This document shows, piece after piece, positions 25,953 through 35,265 of a stretch of DNA of 45,851 bases. The stretch covers positions 1-45,851 of the forward strand of contig PMIW01000054.1 in assembly GCA_003158365.1 (NCBI GenBank), written 5' to 3'. Origin of the DNA: Ignavibacteriota bacterium. GTDB lineage: Bacteria > Bacteroidota > Ignavibacteria > Tepidaquicellales > Tepidaquicellaceae. Made by a program: the position numbers and the translations under genes. Numbering within the stretch: position 1 is the first letter of the stretch; each line of letters opens with the position of its first letter. The notes beneath the pieces were generated by a model. That model saw only the letters and a list, made by a program, of their open reading frames with translations. It did not search any database and was not told the DNA's origin.

Positions 25953-27959
25953 TTATTTTACCATAAGCATTTTTTTAACCGATACGAAATTATCAGTTTC
26001 CAGTCTGTATAAATATACACCTGAAGGCAGATTCATACCGTTAAAGGATATCGTGTATTTGCCTTCTGTTTTATTTTCATTTACAAGTGTTTTAATTTCT
26101 TTTCCAAGTAAATCATATACAACAAGTTTAACGTGAGCGTTTTTCGGGACATCATAATTTATATTGGTCACAGGATTAAACGGATTAGGAATATTCTGAT
26201 ATAATTCAAAATTATTCGGTGTCATTGTAAGATTTTCTTCAACTCCCACAGATAATGTTGCCGTTTTTATTACAATCATATCATTCGGATCAAATACAAC
26301 TGCAGTCGGCTGACGGTTGAAATAAAAAGAGAATAATTGATTGTTCACACTGTTCATAACTCTTACTGTAGTATCTGCACCTGTTGTAAAGCTGAATTTT
26401 ATTTCAATCGGAATCGGGAAAAATCCGGTCTGAGTTTGCTTTGCAAGAAAATTAATTCTCCAGGTGCTTCCGCTTGTATTTACAAAATTATATCCGTTTT
26501 GATATAGCGGATGGTTAGGCTGATAAATCCAGGCATTCATAAACCATGTTAAATCCTGACCTGCAACTGAACCCATCTTTGCAATGAATTCGGGAATTGT
26601 CGAGTTTTTCAGTTTGAAGTTTGCCGTATCCGTTGCATAAGCTTTCATCCCTCTGAAGAATAAAGTATCGCCGAGTGTGTATCTTAAAAGATGAAGTGCA
26701 CAGGAACCTTTACAGTAAGTTATTGCAAAATTAAACAATGTGTTTTCATCGGGAGTGGTAACATCCCATGAAGGTACTGATATTGCCCAGCCCGGATTAC
26801 CCGACATATAGGAATTGGCGTCAGTATTAATCATATTCTTGTATGCTGTATAACCGCCTGTACGCTCGACCCAGTAAGATTCATTCCATGTCGCAAAACC
26901 TTCGTTAAGCCAGATGTTGGACCACGACGCACAGGTAATCATATCACCAAACCACTGATGAGCATATTCATGAGAGACAGTATTTTCGTTCCATGCATTA
27001 ATAGTCGTAAGAGTCTGGTTTTCCATTCCTCCCCAGACAAAACCAGCACTATTTGGGACATAAGAGAATCCATTTTTCTCGAACGGCATCTCTGTATAAG
27101 CATTTGAATAATAAGTAGTCATAGTCGGTAAAATTGCTGCTATTGCTGAACTGCTGGCATTTGTCGGTGAATATAATCTTAATGGTACGCTGTCTAAAGG
27201 ATTGGATGGTTTGTGCCAGTATACAATATTTATTGTATATCCTACTTTTGATGTCATTACCATTAAATAAGTCGAAAGCGGGTCTCTGCTGACCCAGTGA
27301 TAGTAAAGCGAATCACCTGTAAGTGTAGAATCGTTCAATCTGCCGTTTGAGCCGAGCCTGACAGTTTGAGGTACTTTTACGGTTAAATCAAAAGTCGCTT
27401 TATCGGAAGGCCTGTCCCAGCAAGGGAACCAGCCGCGTGCGCCTTCCGGTTCTGCATCCGTAAATACATAACCTGTTGAACCGCTGTTGTAAAATGATGC
27501 ATCCGTAACATTCAAATGCCTGTATTTTATTCTTATATTTACAATTTCTCCTATATTATAAGTTCTGTCTAAATTTACCGTTAGAATATCAGACACCTGA
27601 GTATATGTCAGATTGGTACCGCTTGTTAATTTTACGGAATCAATTGCAAGCGAAACATTGTTTGCATTTAATTTTATCAAATTTAATGTTGAATCAACCC
27701 TGAATGTAATTACATTTGTTGCCGAAAAACTCTTCGGGTACGGACTGAAATAACAACTGTATAAATCAACATTCAATTTGTAATTCAGTACATCGTAAGA
27801 ATGTCTAGGTGTATTGGGAGAATAATAGTCAAGATGAGGAATAGTCATTTTTGACCTTTTCATAGAGCAAACTTCCGAACCTCTCATATTTGAAAAGTCC
27901 TGGGCAACGAGATAATTTCCGATACAAATAAAAATAAAAAGTAGAATTGTTTTTTTCAT
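25953..27959 (-). CDS. M1-family zinc aminopeptidase with T9SS sorting domain (M1-B, tandem paralog)
   Basis: 668 aa with signal MKKTILLFIFICIGNYLVAQ. The motifs are GGMENQT, HEYAHQWFGD and WLNEGFATW. The C-terminus is LYQNIPNPFNPVTNINYDV...GVYLYRLETDNFVSVKKMLMVK. Confidence 0.85.
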   Translation of the reverse strand: MKKTILLFIFICIGNYLVAQDFSNMRGSEVCSMKRSKMTIPHLDYYSPNTPRHSYDVLNYKLNVDLYSCYFSPYPKSFSATNVITFRVDSTLNLIKLNANNVSLAIDSVKLTSGTNLTYTQVSDILTVNLDRTYNIGEIVNIRIKYRHLNVTDASFYNSGSTGYVFTDAEPEGARGWFPCWDRPSDKATFDLTVKVPQTVRLGSNGRLNDSTLTGDSLYYHWVSRDPLSTYLMVMTSKVGYTINIVYWHKPSNPLDSVPLRLYSPTNASSSAIAAILPTMTTYYSNAYTEMPFEKNGFSYVPNSAGFVWGGMENQTLTTINAWNENTVSHEYAHQWFGDMITCASWSNIWLNEGFATWNESYWVERTGGYTAYKNMINTDANSYMSGNPGWAISVPSWDVTTPDENTLFNFAITYCKGSCALHLLRYTLGDTLFFRGMKAYATDTANFKLKNSTIPEFIAKMGSVAGQDLTWFMNAWIYQPNHPLYQNGYNFVNTSGSTWRINFLAKQTQTGFFPIPIEIKFSFTTGADTTVRVMNSVNNQLFSFYFNRQPTAVVFDPNDMIVIKTATLSVGVEENLTMTPNNFELYQNIPNPFNPVTNINYDVPKNAHVKLVVYDLLGKEIKTLVNENKTEGKYTISFNGMNLPSGVYLYRLETDNFVSVKKMLMVK

Positions 27960-28088
27960 TGCTGGAATAATTAGTTTAAAAATAAATTGTGATATAATAT
28001 AATGAATATAAAAAAGAAAAAATTCATATAATTTGATACCGGAAAAACTGTAAAACAGAACAGCAGGCTTGAACTGAATTATAATTAA

Positions 28089-29909
28089 TTATTTTATAAT
28101 AACCATTTTTTTCACACCGGTAAAATCACCTGCTACTATTTTATAGAAATAAACTCCCGATGCTAAATTATTGCCTTTGAATAATACAGAATATTTGCCT
28201 GCTTTTTGTTTTTCATTTACCAGGACTGCCATTTCGCGTCCGGCTATATCATACAAAATAATTTTAACATTCACGTGTCCGGCAATCTCATAATTAATCG
28301 TTGTATTCGGATTAAAAGGATTCGGATAATTTTGACCTAAAGTATAACTCACGATTTCTATAGGGTCATCACCGTGTTTATCCTTTAATATTTTATTGTC
28401 AGGGTCAAATGTAACCAGATTCGGAAAACCCCTGACAAAAAAACTGAATGACTGCTCGGAAGCATTATTTACGGAATAAAATGTCGTATCTCCGTATGGA
28501 GTATTTATTTTTACGTCAAACGGCATCGTAAAAAACACAGGGTTTGAGTTCTGAGTTTGTTTAAGCGTAAATAATACCGTGTAAATATCATTTTGCCCCT
28601 GAACATATCTCCAGCTTATATTGTAAATGGGATAGTTCTGACCATAAATCCATTCATTAAAAAAGTAACCGAGCTGCATTCCGGAAATTCCTTCGGCAAC
28701 CCTTTGAAAATCCTCGGTAACTGCATTTCCGTAAGCCAATGTTGTATCGGATGCGTATGATTTCATTATTTGGAAAAATGCAGAATCACCGACTACTCCT
28801 CTCAGCATATGCAGGACTACGCTTCCCTTTGAATAAGTTCTGTTCGCATCAAAAATATTATTAACTGTACTTACATCCTGAACATAAACAGAACCGATTG
28901 CTTTCCTTGCATCCGACATTTTATTACTTACATATTGATTATAAGCGGTTTTCCCGTAAGCATCCTCTGCATACACGCACTCCAGATATGTTGCAAATCC
29001 TTCGTTGAGCCAAATGTTATGCCAGTCTCTGCAGGTTATTTTATCCCCGAACCACTGATGCCCGAGCTCGTGAGCTATAATATATTCCGAAATTACTCCT
29101 ATAGAAGTTGCAGTCTGGTGCTCCATTGCGCCTCCCATATCAGTTTGAGCGTGTCCGTATTTCTCCCTTATAAACGGATAAAGCCCGAACCTTGTTGAAA
29201 AAATCTTAAGCATATTTACTGTCAGGTCCAGTGTCGGTTTCAGCGAATCAATTACTTCCGGATAAATGTAATGTAAAACAGGCATCGAATCCGAAACAGA
29301 ATATTTAAAATAATTTGTGTACAAAGAAAAATTTGTTACCGCAACCGACAACAGATAATTTGCAATGCGGTATGAATTTTTCCATTTATATGTTTTAGTA
29401 TTATCTGGATTAATATCAACTTCCTTTAACACTCCGTTTGACACTCCCGTAAAAGCTGATGGACATTTTATCCATACATCCGAAGAATCGGCTTTGTCGG
29501 ATTGGATATTCTTGCACGGGAACCAGTCGCTGGCACCGTACGGCTCGCTTAAATTCCATACGGATGGAATATTATTATGCAATCCGAATTCAAAACTTCC
29601 GAACCCTGTAGGGACGGGAAGCCCGTGATAATTCACTATAACAGAAAAACTATTTATCAGTTTATTTTTATTATTAGGATGAATTGATATTTTATCTCTG
29701 TAATGATTATATGCCGAAGTACTTCCGTTGTATTTAATTGAGTCGACCGTCATCACATTGCTGAAGTTAAAAAATATTGAATCGGCAGGATTCAATATTA
29801 ATCCGTTTATAGTAACCTCCCCTGTTAAATTGTCAGGGTTGATTTTTATTTCAAGAAAAATTTTATAATATTTTATGTCAAGATTGGTATCTGCTTCCGG
29901 AATATTCAT
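28089..29909 (-). CDS. M1-family zinc aminopeptidase with T9SS sorting domain (M1-C); the true start is probably upstream at a non-canonical codon
   Basis: The motifs are GAMEHQT, HELGHQWFGD and WLNEGFATYLE. The C-terminus is LGQNYPNPFNPNTTINYEI...GVYFYKIVAGDFTGVKKMVIIK. The ATG at 29909 gives no signal peptide. The in-frame upstream stretch 29910-30083 encodes ..IKIFTGHKFRSLIFITSILVLSIRCTGIVLSQ.. but contains no ATG, GTG or TTG. Confidence 0.8.
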   Translation of the reverse strand: MNIPEADTNLDIKYYKIFLEIKINPDNLTGEVTINGLILNPADSIFFNFSNVMTVDSIKYNGSTSAYNHYRDKISIHPNNKNKLINSFSVIVNYHGLPVPTGFGSFEFGLHNNIPSVWNLSEPYGASDWFPCKNIQSDKADSSDVWIKCPSAFTGVSNGVLKEVDINPDNTKTYKWKNSYRIANYLLSVAVTNFSLYTNYFKYSVSDSMPVLHYIYPEVIDSLKPTLDLTVNMLKIFSTRFGLYPFIREKYGHAQTDMGGAMEHQTATSIGVISEYIIAHELGHQWFGDKITCRDWHNIWLNEGFATYLECVYAEDAYGKTAYNQYVSNKMSDARKAIGSVYVQDVSTVNNIFDANRTYSKGSVVLHMLRGVVGDSAFFQIMKSYASDTTLAYGNAVTEDFQRVAEGISGMQLGYFFNEWIYGQNYPIYNISWRYVQGQNDIYTVLFTLKQTQNSNPVFFTMPFDVKINTPYGDTTFYSVNNASEQSFSFFVRGFPNLVTFDPDNKILKDKHGDDPIEIVSYTLGQNYPNPFNPNTTINYEIAGHVNVKIILYDIAGREMAVLVNEKQKAGKYSVLFKGNNLASGVYFYKIVAGDFTGVKKMVIIK

Positions 29910-30070
29910 TAAACTGCCGTCGGAAAAACCTGTTTTTTCAAGATTTGATATTTCTTCGGAGGATTGTGATAATACTATGCCTGTACAACGAATTGATAAA
30001 ACTAATATCGAAGTGATAAAAATCAGCGACCGGAATTTATGCCCGGTGAATATTTTAATTAACCCAATGA

Positions 30071-30697
30071 TTATTCCTGTTTTTTATTTAACCTGCTGAA
30101 TTGCTTTAAAAAAGTTTTATGATTTTTATACTGTATAGCCTTCATTCCAAGAGATTCCGAAACCTGCACGTTTTCCTTTATGTCATCTATTAAAAGAGTT
30201 TTAGAAGGCTCGAGCTTGTATTTTTCCAGAGTAATCTGAAATATTTTCTTCTGAGGTTTGTTCAGTTTCACCTTGTAAGAGAGAACACGTTTTTTTAAAA
30301 GCTTTACGAAAGGAAAATTCTTGTCGATGAAATTTATATGCGCAGGGTCTGTGTTTGACAATAAGAATATTTTAAATCTTTTTATCCGCGCAATCTTTTC
30401 CACAAATGTCTTCATGGAACTGTTTACCCAGAAAATATCGGAATAAAAGAACAGAAAATCTGAATAACTTATTTTCAATCTGAATTTTTTCTTCAGTATT
30501 TTAAATACGTCTTTAATGCTTAAAGTTCCGCGCGTTATTTTAAGGCCCAGCTTATTTTTATTTATATAATTTTTAAGACTCCTTGCATTCAGGTTTTTTT
30601 CGTGCAAAGCAACCCTGTCGTAAAAATAACAGAAGTCAAAATAAACAAGTGTATTTCCTAAATCAAATATTATATTTTCAATAGGGCCTTTGCGCAA
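30071..30697 (-). CDS. HAD-superfamily hydrolase, subfamily IA (YihX-like motif I)
   Basis: 208 aa. The N-terminal IIFDLGNTLVYFDF matches the FDLGNV-type motif I of YihX-like HAD phosphatases. LLSNT is motif II-like and LLIDDIKENV is motif IV-like. Confidence 0.65.
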   Translation of the reverse strand: MRKGPIENIIFDLGNTLVYFDFCYFYDRVALHEKNLNARSLKNYINKNKLGLKITRGTLSIKDVFKILKKKFRLKISYSDFLFFYSDIFWVNSSMKTFVEKIARIKRFKIFLLSNTDPAHINFIDKNFPFVKLLKKRVLSYKVKLNKPQKKIFQITLEKYKLEPSKTLLIDDIKENVQVSESLGMKAIQYKNHKTFLKQFSRLNKKQE

Positions 30698-30700
30698 TTG

Positions 30701-31306
30701 TCAGAGGTATTTTTTTTCTAAAATATTTAAATCTTTATCGAGCATGTAGTATTTTGGATGACCTGTTGGAATTTCAGTTCCGACTATTTCTTCTTTCGAT
30801 AATTTTTCCAGATACATTACAAGAGCCCTTAAACTGTTTCCGTGTGCTGAGATTAAAATATTTTTTCCCGCTTTTAAATCAGGGACAATATGCTTTTCCC
30901 AGTAAGGGATTACCCTGTCGGCTGTGTCTTTCAGGCTTTCACCGTTCGGAGGTGCTGTATCATAACTTCTTCTCCAGAGCTTCACCTGCTCGGCACCGAA
31001 TTTTTCGCGGGTCTCATCCTTGTTTAATCCCTGCAAATCACCGTACATTCTTTCGTTAAGAGCTTTGTCTTTTTCGACGGGAATATCTTTTTGTTTTATA
31101 ATATCCAGTATTATATCGAGTGTTCTCTGCGCCCTTATTAAATCGGATGTGTATGCTTTGTCGAATTTGTAATTTTTCAGTTTCTCCCCTGCATCCTGAG
31201 CTTCCCTGATTCCCTGCTCGGATAAATCAATATCTACCCAGCCCGTAAACCTGTTTTCAAGATTCCACTGGGATTGACCGTGTCTTAAAATAACTAAATA
31301 TGACAT
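30701..31306 (-). CDS. gpmA: 2,3-bisphosphoglycerate-dependent phosphoglycerate mutase
   Basis: It reads LVILRHGQSQWNLENRFTGWVDIDLSEQG, LNERMYGDLQGLNKDETREKFGAEQVKLWRRSYDTAPP and SAHGNSLRALVMYLE. Confidence 0.9.
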   Translation of the reverse strand: MSYLVILRHGQSQWNLENRFTGWVDIDLSEQGIREAQDAGEKLKNYKFDKAYTSDLIRAQRTLDIILDIIKQKDIPVEKDKALNERMYGDLQGLNKDETREKFGAEQVKLWRRSYDTAPPNGESLKDTADRVIPYWEKHIVPDLKAGKNILISAHGNSLRALVMYLEKLSKEEIVGTEIPTGHPKYYMLDKDLNILEKKYL

Positions 31307-31331
31307 ATTGTATTTTTTTAATTTTTTCCCG

Positions 31332-31877
31332 TTACTTCCATTTTATCGAACATCCCATCGAGGGAATTTGCTCGAACGAAATTTCCTTTTCATCAAGAAT
31401 CAGCTCTATTGCCGCTTCGAGGTCCTTTGATTTGACCTGTGATTCGTCTTTCCAGCTGTCATCCAGCCTTCCCCTGTATTTTAAAATTTTTTTTTCGTCG
31501 TAAACATAAATATCCGGAGTGCAAACCGCTTCATATTTTTTTGCGGTTTCCTGCGATTCATCAAAAAGATACGGATAATTCATGGAGTAATTTTTTGCGA
31601 AAAGTTTCATGTTGCCGAAAGAGTCCTCGGGATATGCAGTGACATCGTTCGGGCTGATTCCGATAAGCTGAACTCCTTTATTGCCGTATTTAGTCTGAAG
31701 TTTTATAAACCGCCCTATCACTGCTTTTACATACGGGCAGTGATTGCACATAAATATAATAACGAGAATTTTTTTTCCGCTGAATTCACTTAGCGTATAA
31801 ATCTTTTCGTCTATACCTTTAAGTGAAAAATCAATTATACCGGAATTTAATTCTCCGGGTTTACTTTGTAAAAGCAT
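31332..31877 (-). CDS. Thioredoxin-fold (TlpA/AhpC-TSA-like) protein with CxxC
   Basis: 181 aa. It has the FMCNHCPYVKA redox motif in a redoxin-like context (KILVIIFMCNHCPYV...GISPND). Confidence 0.7.
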   Translation of the reverse strand: MLLQSKPGELNSGIIDFSLKGIDEKIYTLSEFSGKKILVIIFMCNHCPYVKAVIGRFIKLQTKYGNKGVQLIGISPNDVTAYPEDSFGNMKLFAKNYSMNYPYLFDESQETAKKYEAVCTPDIYVYDEKKILKYRGRLDDSWKDESQVKSKDLEAAIELILDEKEISFEQIPSMGCSIKWK

Positions 31878-31885
31878 TTTATTTA

Positions 31886-32362
31886 TTAAATTTCTTCTTC
31901 GTCGTCGTCAATCATTTCAGGATGGAAATCCTCGTATATAAAACTGTTGAGCTTTTCCTTTTCCACATCCTGCCTGAAAACTTCCTCGGTAATGAACCTG
32001 TATTTTTCCTCGAGTGTATAATCACTCTGAAAATGCACAATAATACTGTGCTTGTCGAGCAGGCAAATCAGTTTTTCAAATTCATCCTTCAACTGAATCC
32101 CGTTTGATTTATTCAGCCTGGGAAAATTCGGTTCGCCTATTAATTGAAAGACATTTATTAATTTTGAATTTTTATGCTTTTGTTCAAACTCCCTGACCTG
32201 TGTTAAAAATTCATTGTCATCTTCAACCTCTTCTATCTCAAGGGTTTCATCTGAAGCTTCTTCAATACTTAAAAAATCATCTTCAATCAAATTCATTTCG
32301 TCCGATACTTTTTTCTTCTTCTTTATATTCTTTTTATCGTCGTCCTTTTTGCGTTTTTGCAT
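31886..32362 (-). CDS. Hypothetical highly charged protein (basic N-terminus, acidic stretches)
   Basis: 158 aa. It begins MQKRKKDDDKKNIKKKKK and ends DDDEEEI. I recognise no family. It is compactly placed between the thioredoxin-like gene and cdsA. Confidence 0.5.
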   Translation of the reverse strand: MQKRKKDDDKKNIKKKKKVSDEMNLIEDDFLSIEEASDETLEIEEVEDDNEFLTQVREFEQKHKNSKLINVFQLIGEPNFPRLNKSNGIQLKDEFEKLICLLDKHSIIVHFQSDYTLEEKYRFITEEVFRQDVEKEKLNSFIYEDFHPEMIDDDEEEI

Positions 32363-32463
32363 TTATTAAACTTATTTAAAACTTATTAAAACTTTTTCAA
32401 AACTATTTTAGTGTTTCTTACAAAAATAAAAACATTATTAAACAATTCAAGTTAATTTAAAAA

Positions 32464-33231
32464 TCATTTTATAAAATAAAAATAGAGATATATAAACGGT
32501 GTTATGAAAATTAAGCTGTCAAACCTGTCAAGTAATCCCCCGTGACCGGGAATAAGATTCGATGAATCCTTAACTTCGGTATATCTTTTAAGCAGCGATT
32601 CGAAATTATCACCTGCCTGGCTTACCGCTCCAATCAACAATCCCAGCACTATGCTGTCGGTTAAATTTATAAATTCACTTTTTAAATAATAAAAGAACAC
32701 TGATGATATTACGGTAAATAACAAACCTGCTATTGCGCCTTCAACCGTCTTATTCGGACTGATAGATGTTAATTTGTGTTTTCCGAGTAATTTTCCGCCG
32801 AAGTACGCAAATGTATCACAAGCCCAAATCAGCACGAATAAATATATCACAACAAGAAAATTCTTTTCAAGTTCATTCAAAAGAAAAAAAGGAATCGTAA
32901 CATATATTATTCCGAAAACCGATAATACGGGATTCAGCGGATTCCTTTTCTTTTCCCTGAAAATTTCAAAAAACACAGGAAGTGAAATTAAAATCATTCC
33001 GGTATAATATTTGAAATACAAAAGAAAAAATATTGCAACCGATATTAATACCGTAAGTATCTTTAAGGTAAAAATACCTTTATTTTCGAACATCTTCAAA
33101 AACTCCCATAAGCACAATGTCTGAATCACAAGGCACAAAACCAGGAAATAAATTCCGCCGAGATATATGAGATATAAAAAAAGCGGTATCCCTATTACTC
33201 CTATAATTGTCCTTTTCGCTGTGTTTGACAT
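32464..33231 (-). CDS. cdsA: Phosphatidate cytidylyltransferase
   Basis: 255 aa, polytopic. It has the C-terminal signature SLLKRYTEVKDSSNLIPGHGGLLDRFDSLIF. Confidence 0.9.
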   Translation of the reverse strand: MSNTAKRTIIGVIGIPLFLYLIYLGGIYFLVLCLVIQTLCLWEFLKMFENKGIFTLKILTVLISVAIFFLLYFKYYTGMILISLPVFFEIFREKKRNPLNPVLSVFGIIYVTIPFFLLNELEKNFLVVIYLFVLIWACDTFAYFGGKLLGKHKLTSISPNKTVEGAIAGLLFTVISSVFFYYLKSEFINLTDSIVLGLLIGAVSQAGDNFESLLKRYTEVKDSSNLIPGHGGLLDRFDSLIFITPFIYLYFYFIK

Positions 33232-34151
33232 TAATATGCTTTCCGGGTTTTTTTATTATAAATTTTTACCATATAAATCATAATAAATATAAACAGTACC
33301 AGTGAAACCAATCCGAGTATTCCGAACTGCACCAGCTGCATTCCTGAAATCTCCGGCTCTGCAATATTATCTTTGCCGAATTTGAAAACCGAATAAGCTG
33401 AAATAAAATTATTTGTAAAATGACAAACAACTGCAGTCCATATGCTTTCGCTGTAATATACTACAAATGTAAGATAAAATCCCAATACAATTAAAGGAAT
33501 CAGGTTGAACGGATGAAAATGAAATATTGCAAAAATAAGTCCCGTCAGAAATATCGCGTTCCTCCTGAGTGATACTCTTTCCAGATTTTTGAACAGCAAT
33601 CCCCTGAAAAGAAATTCTTCGCAGATAGCAGGTGTTACAGCAATTATAAAAACCACAAATATAAATTCGGGTATGCTGTTTGCCGTTACAAGACTCATGG
33701 TTGTCTGCTCTAGCGCATCGAATAAATCTTTAACCTGTTTTAAAAATTCTATTCCGAACGGCAGGGAGAAAATAAGTTTATTCTGCAAATATAAAAAAAC
33801 CTGAAGGAAAGGCTGAACAACAACCAATCCGAAAATTGCAAGAAAGAAAATCGCGAAATTTGGTTTCCTTATCCTGAAAGTTTCCGTGAATTTATTTCCC
33901 TGCAGTAAGCTCAATAGTATTGCCGGAAAAAGAATAAACATGAATTGCGCGAAAGATAATATAATCCTTGTCTTCAAAAGATTCTCAGGAAGGGTTTTTA
34001 AATCCACCCCTAAAATAGAAATAGTTAATAGTCCGCCGAATACCTGGTAAGTAACAAAAGTCGTGATTAATAGAATAACAATAAATACTGCGGGATGCAT
34101 TTTCGAGAGAGGAGCTTTTTTCGGTTCTCTGTTGTTATTAATACTGTCCAA
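33231..34151 (-). CDS. CPBP-family intramembrane glutamic endopeptidase (CAAX protease-like)
   Basis: The motifs are EEFLFRGLLF, FAIFHFH and HFTNNF in a polytopic protein. The start is TTG at 34151, with an alternative ATG at 34100. Its stop overlaps the cdsA start by 1 nt. Confidence 0.8.
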   Translation of the reverse strand: MDSINNNREPKKAPLSKMHPAVFIVILLITTFVTYQVFGGLLTISILGVDLKTLPENLLKTRIILSFAQFMFILFPAILLSLLQGNKFTETFRIRKPNFAIFFLAIFGLVVVQPFLQVFLYLQNKLIFSLPFGIEFLKQVKDLFDALEQTTMSLVTANSIPEFIFVVFIIAVTPAICEEFLFRGLLFKNLERVSLRRNAIFLTGLIFAIFHFHPFNLIPLIVLGFYLTFVVYYSESIWTAVVCHFTNNFISAYSVFKFGKDNIAEPEISGMQLVQFGILGLVSLVLFIFIMIYMVKIYNKKTRKAY

Positions 34152-34267
34152 TTAAAAATATATTTTATGCAATATTGCAAAATATATCCTTTAATTAAAT
34201 AACAATAATCAGGTAGTGTATTTTTTAAAAAATTGATATTAAAATTGAATAAAGGTATTTTACACTT

Positions 34268-35245
34268 ATGTCAGAAGGAATTGAATTTTACGAAGAACAA
34301 ACAGGGGTCAAAAAAAGCAGAAAATATTTTTATATTATAAATATTCTTCTTTTCGTTGCAACATTTTTTACTACTACTTTAAGCGGTGTATTTTGGGCAA
34401 ACCGGGACCCTTACCAGTTGTACAATTTTCCCGCAGGACTGCTTTATTCATTCTTGCTTCTCTCGGTAATCAGTGCTCACGAATTCGGGCATTATTTTGC
34501 CGCACGCATTCATAAAGTTGATGTTACACTGCCGTTTTATATTCCGTTTCCGTTTATATTTTTAAATCCGTTCGGTACTATGGGTGCGGTTATTAAAATG
34601 AAATCCCGAACGCAGACCAGAAAATCTTTATTCGATATCGGTATAGCAGGTCCGATTTCAGGATGGGTAATGGCTATGGCAATATTAATTTACGGCTATT
34701 TTACACTGCCTCCGATTTCTTATTTATTCAAAATACATCCCGAATACCAGACAACGGGAATTCCGACAACAGGCTTTACTTTCGGCTATAATATTGTATT
34801 TTACGTATTCGAAAAAATATTTTCGGGACCAAAAGTTTTTATTCCTCCGATGAATGAGATTTACCATTATCCTTTCCTTTGTGTCGGCTGGTTCGGACTT
34901 TTAATTACTGCACTTAATATGATGCCTGTAGGGCAGCTCGATGGCGGACATATCTCATATACAATGTTCGGTGAAAATCACAAATATCTTGCTTACATTG
35001 TATTCGGTCTTTTGATTTTTTTCGGTCTTGCCGGATTGCTTCCTTTGGTCGGATTAAATTATAATTTTGGCTCGGCAAACTGGCTTGTATGGTCTATACT
35101 TATATTTTTCGTAATAAAAATAAAACATCCCCCTATTGTAACAGATTTTCACGAACCTCTCGGAACATTCAGAACTATTCTAGGGTGGATTTCGTTTATA
35201 ATATTTGTTATTTCATTTTGCCCGGTTCCGATTTTGGAAAACTAA
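34268..35245 (+). CDS. M50-family site-2 protease-like membrane metalloprotease
   Basis: It has the HEFGHYFAAR zinc motif and the LNMMPVGQLDGGHI (N-x-x-P-x-x-x-L-D-G) motif. The protein is polytopic. Confidence 0.8.
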   Translation: MSEGIEFYEEQTGVKKSRKYFYIINILLFVATFFTTTLSGVFWANRDPYQLYNFPAGLLYSFLLLSVISAHEFGHYFAARIHKVDVTLPFYIPFPFIFLNPFGTMGAVIKMKSRTQTRKSLFDIGIAGPISGWVMAMAILIYGYFTLPPISYLFKIHPEYQTTGIPTTGFTFGYNIVFYVFEKIFSGPKVFIPPMNEIYHYPFLCVGWFGLLITALNMMPVGQLDGGHISYTMFGENHKYLAYIVFGLLIFFGLAGLLPLVGLNYNFGSANWLVWSILIFFVIKIKHPPIVTDFHEPLGTFRTILGWISFIIFVISFCPVPILEN

Positions 35246-35265
35246 TTCAAATTAAATGATATAAA

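Noticed and set aside
15117-27959. Tandem duplicated gene pairs as a possible composite mobile element
   Set aside because: No transposase, integrase, inverted terminal repeats or target-site duplications are seen. The paralogs are diverged (roughly 60-70 percent protein identity by eye), consistent with old tandem duplication rather than mobile DNA.
29875-30099. 74-aa + strand ORF between the M1-C and HAD genes
   Set aside because: The opposite strand encodes an in-frame signal-peptide-like leader of the M1-C gene, which is the more plausible reading of this stretch.
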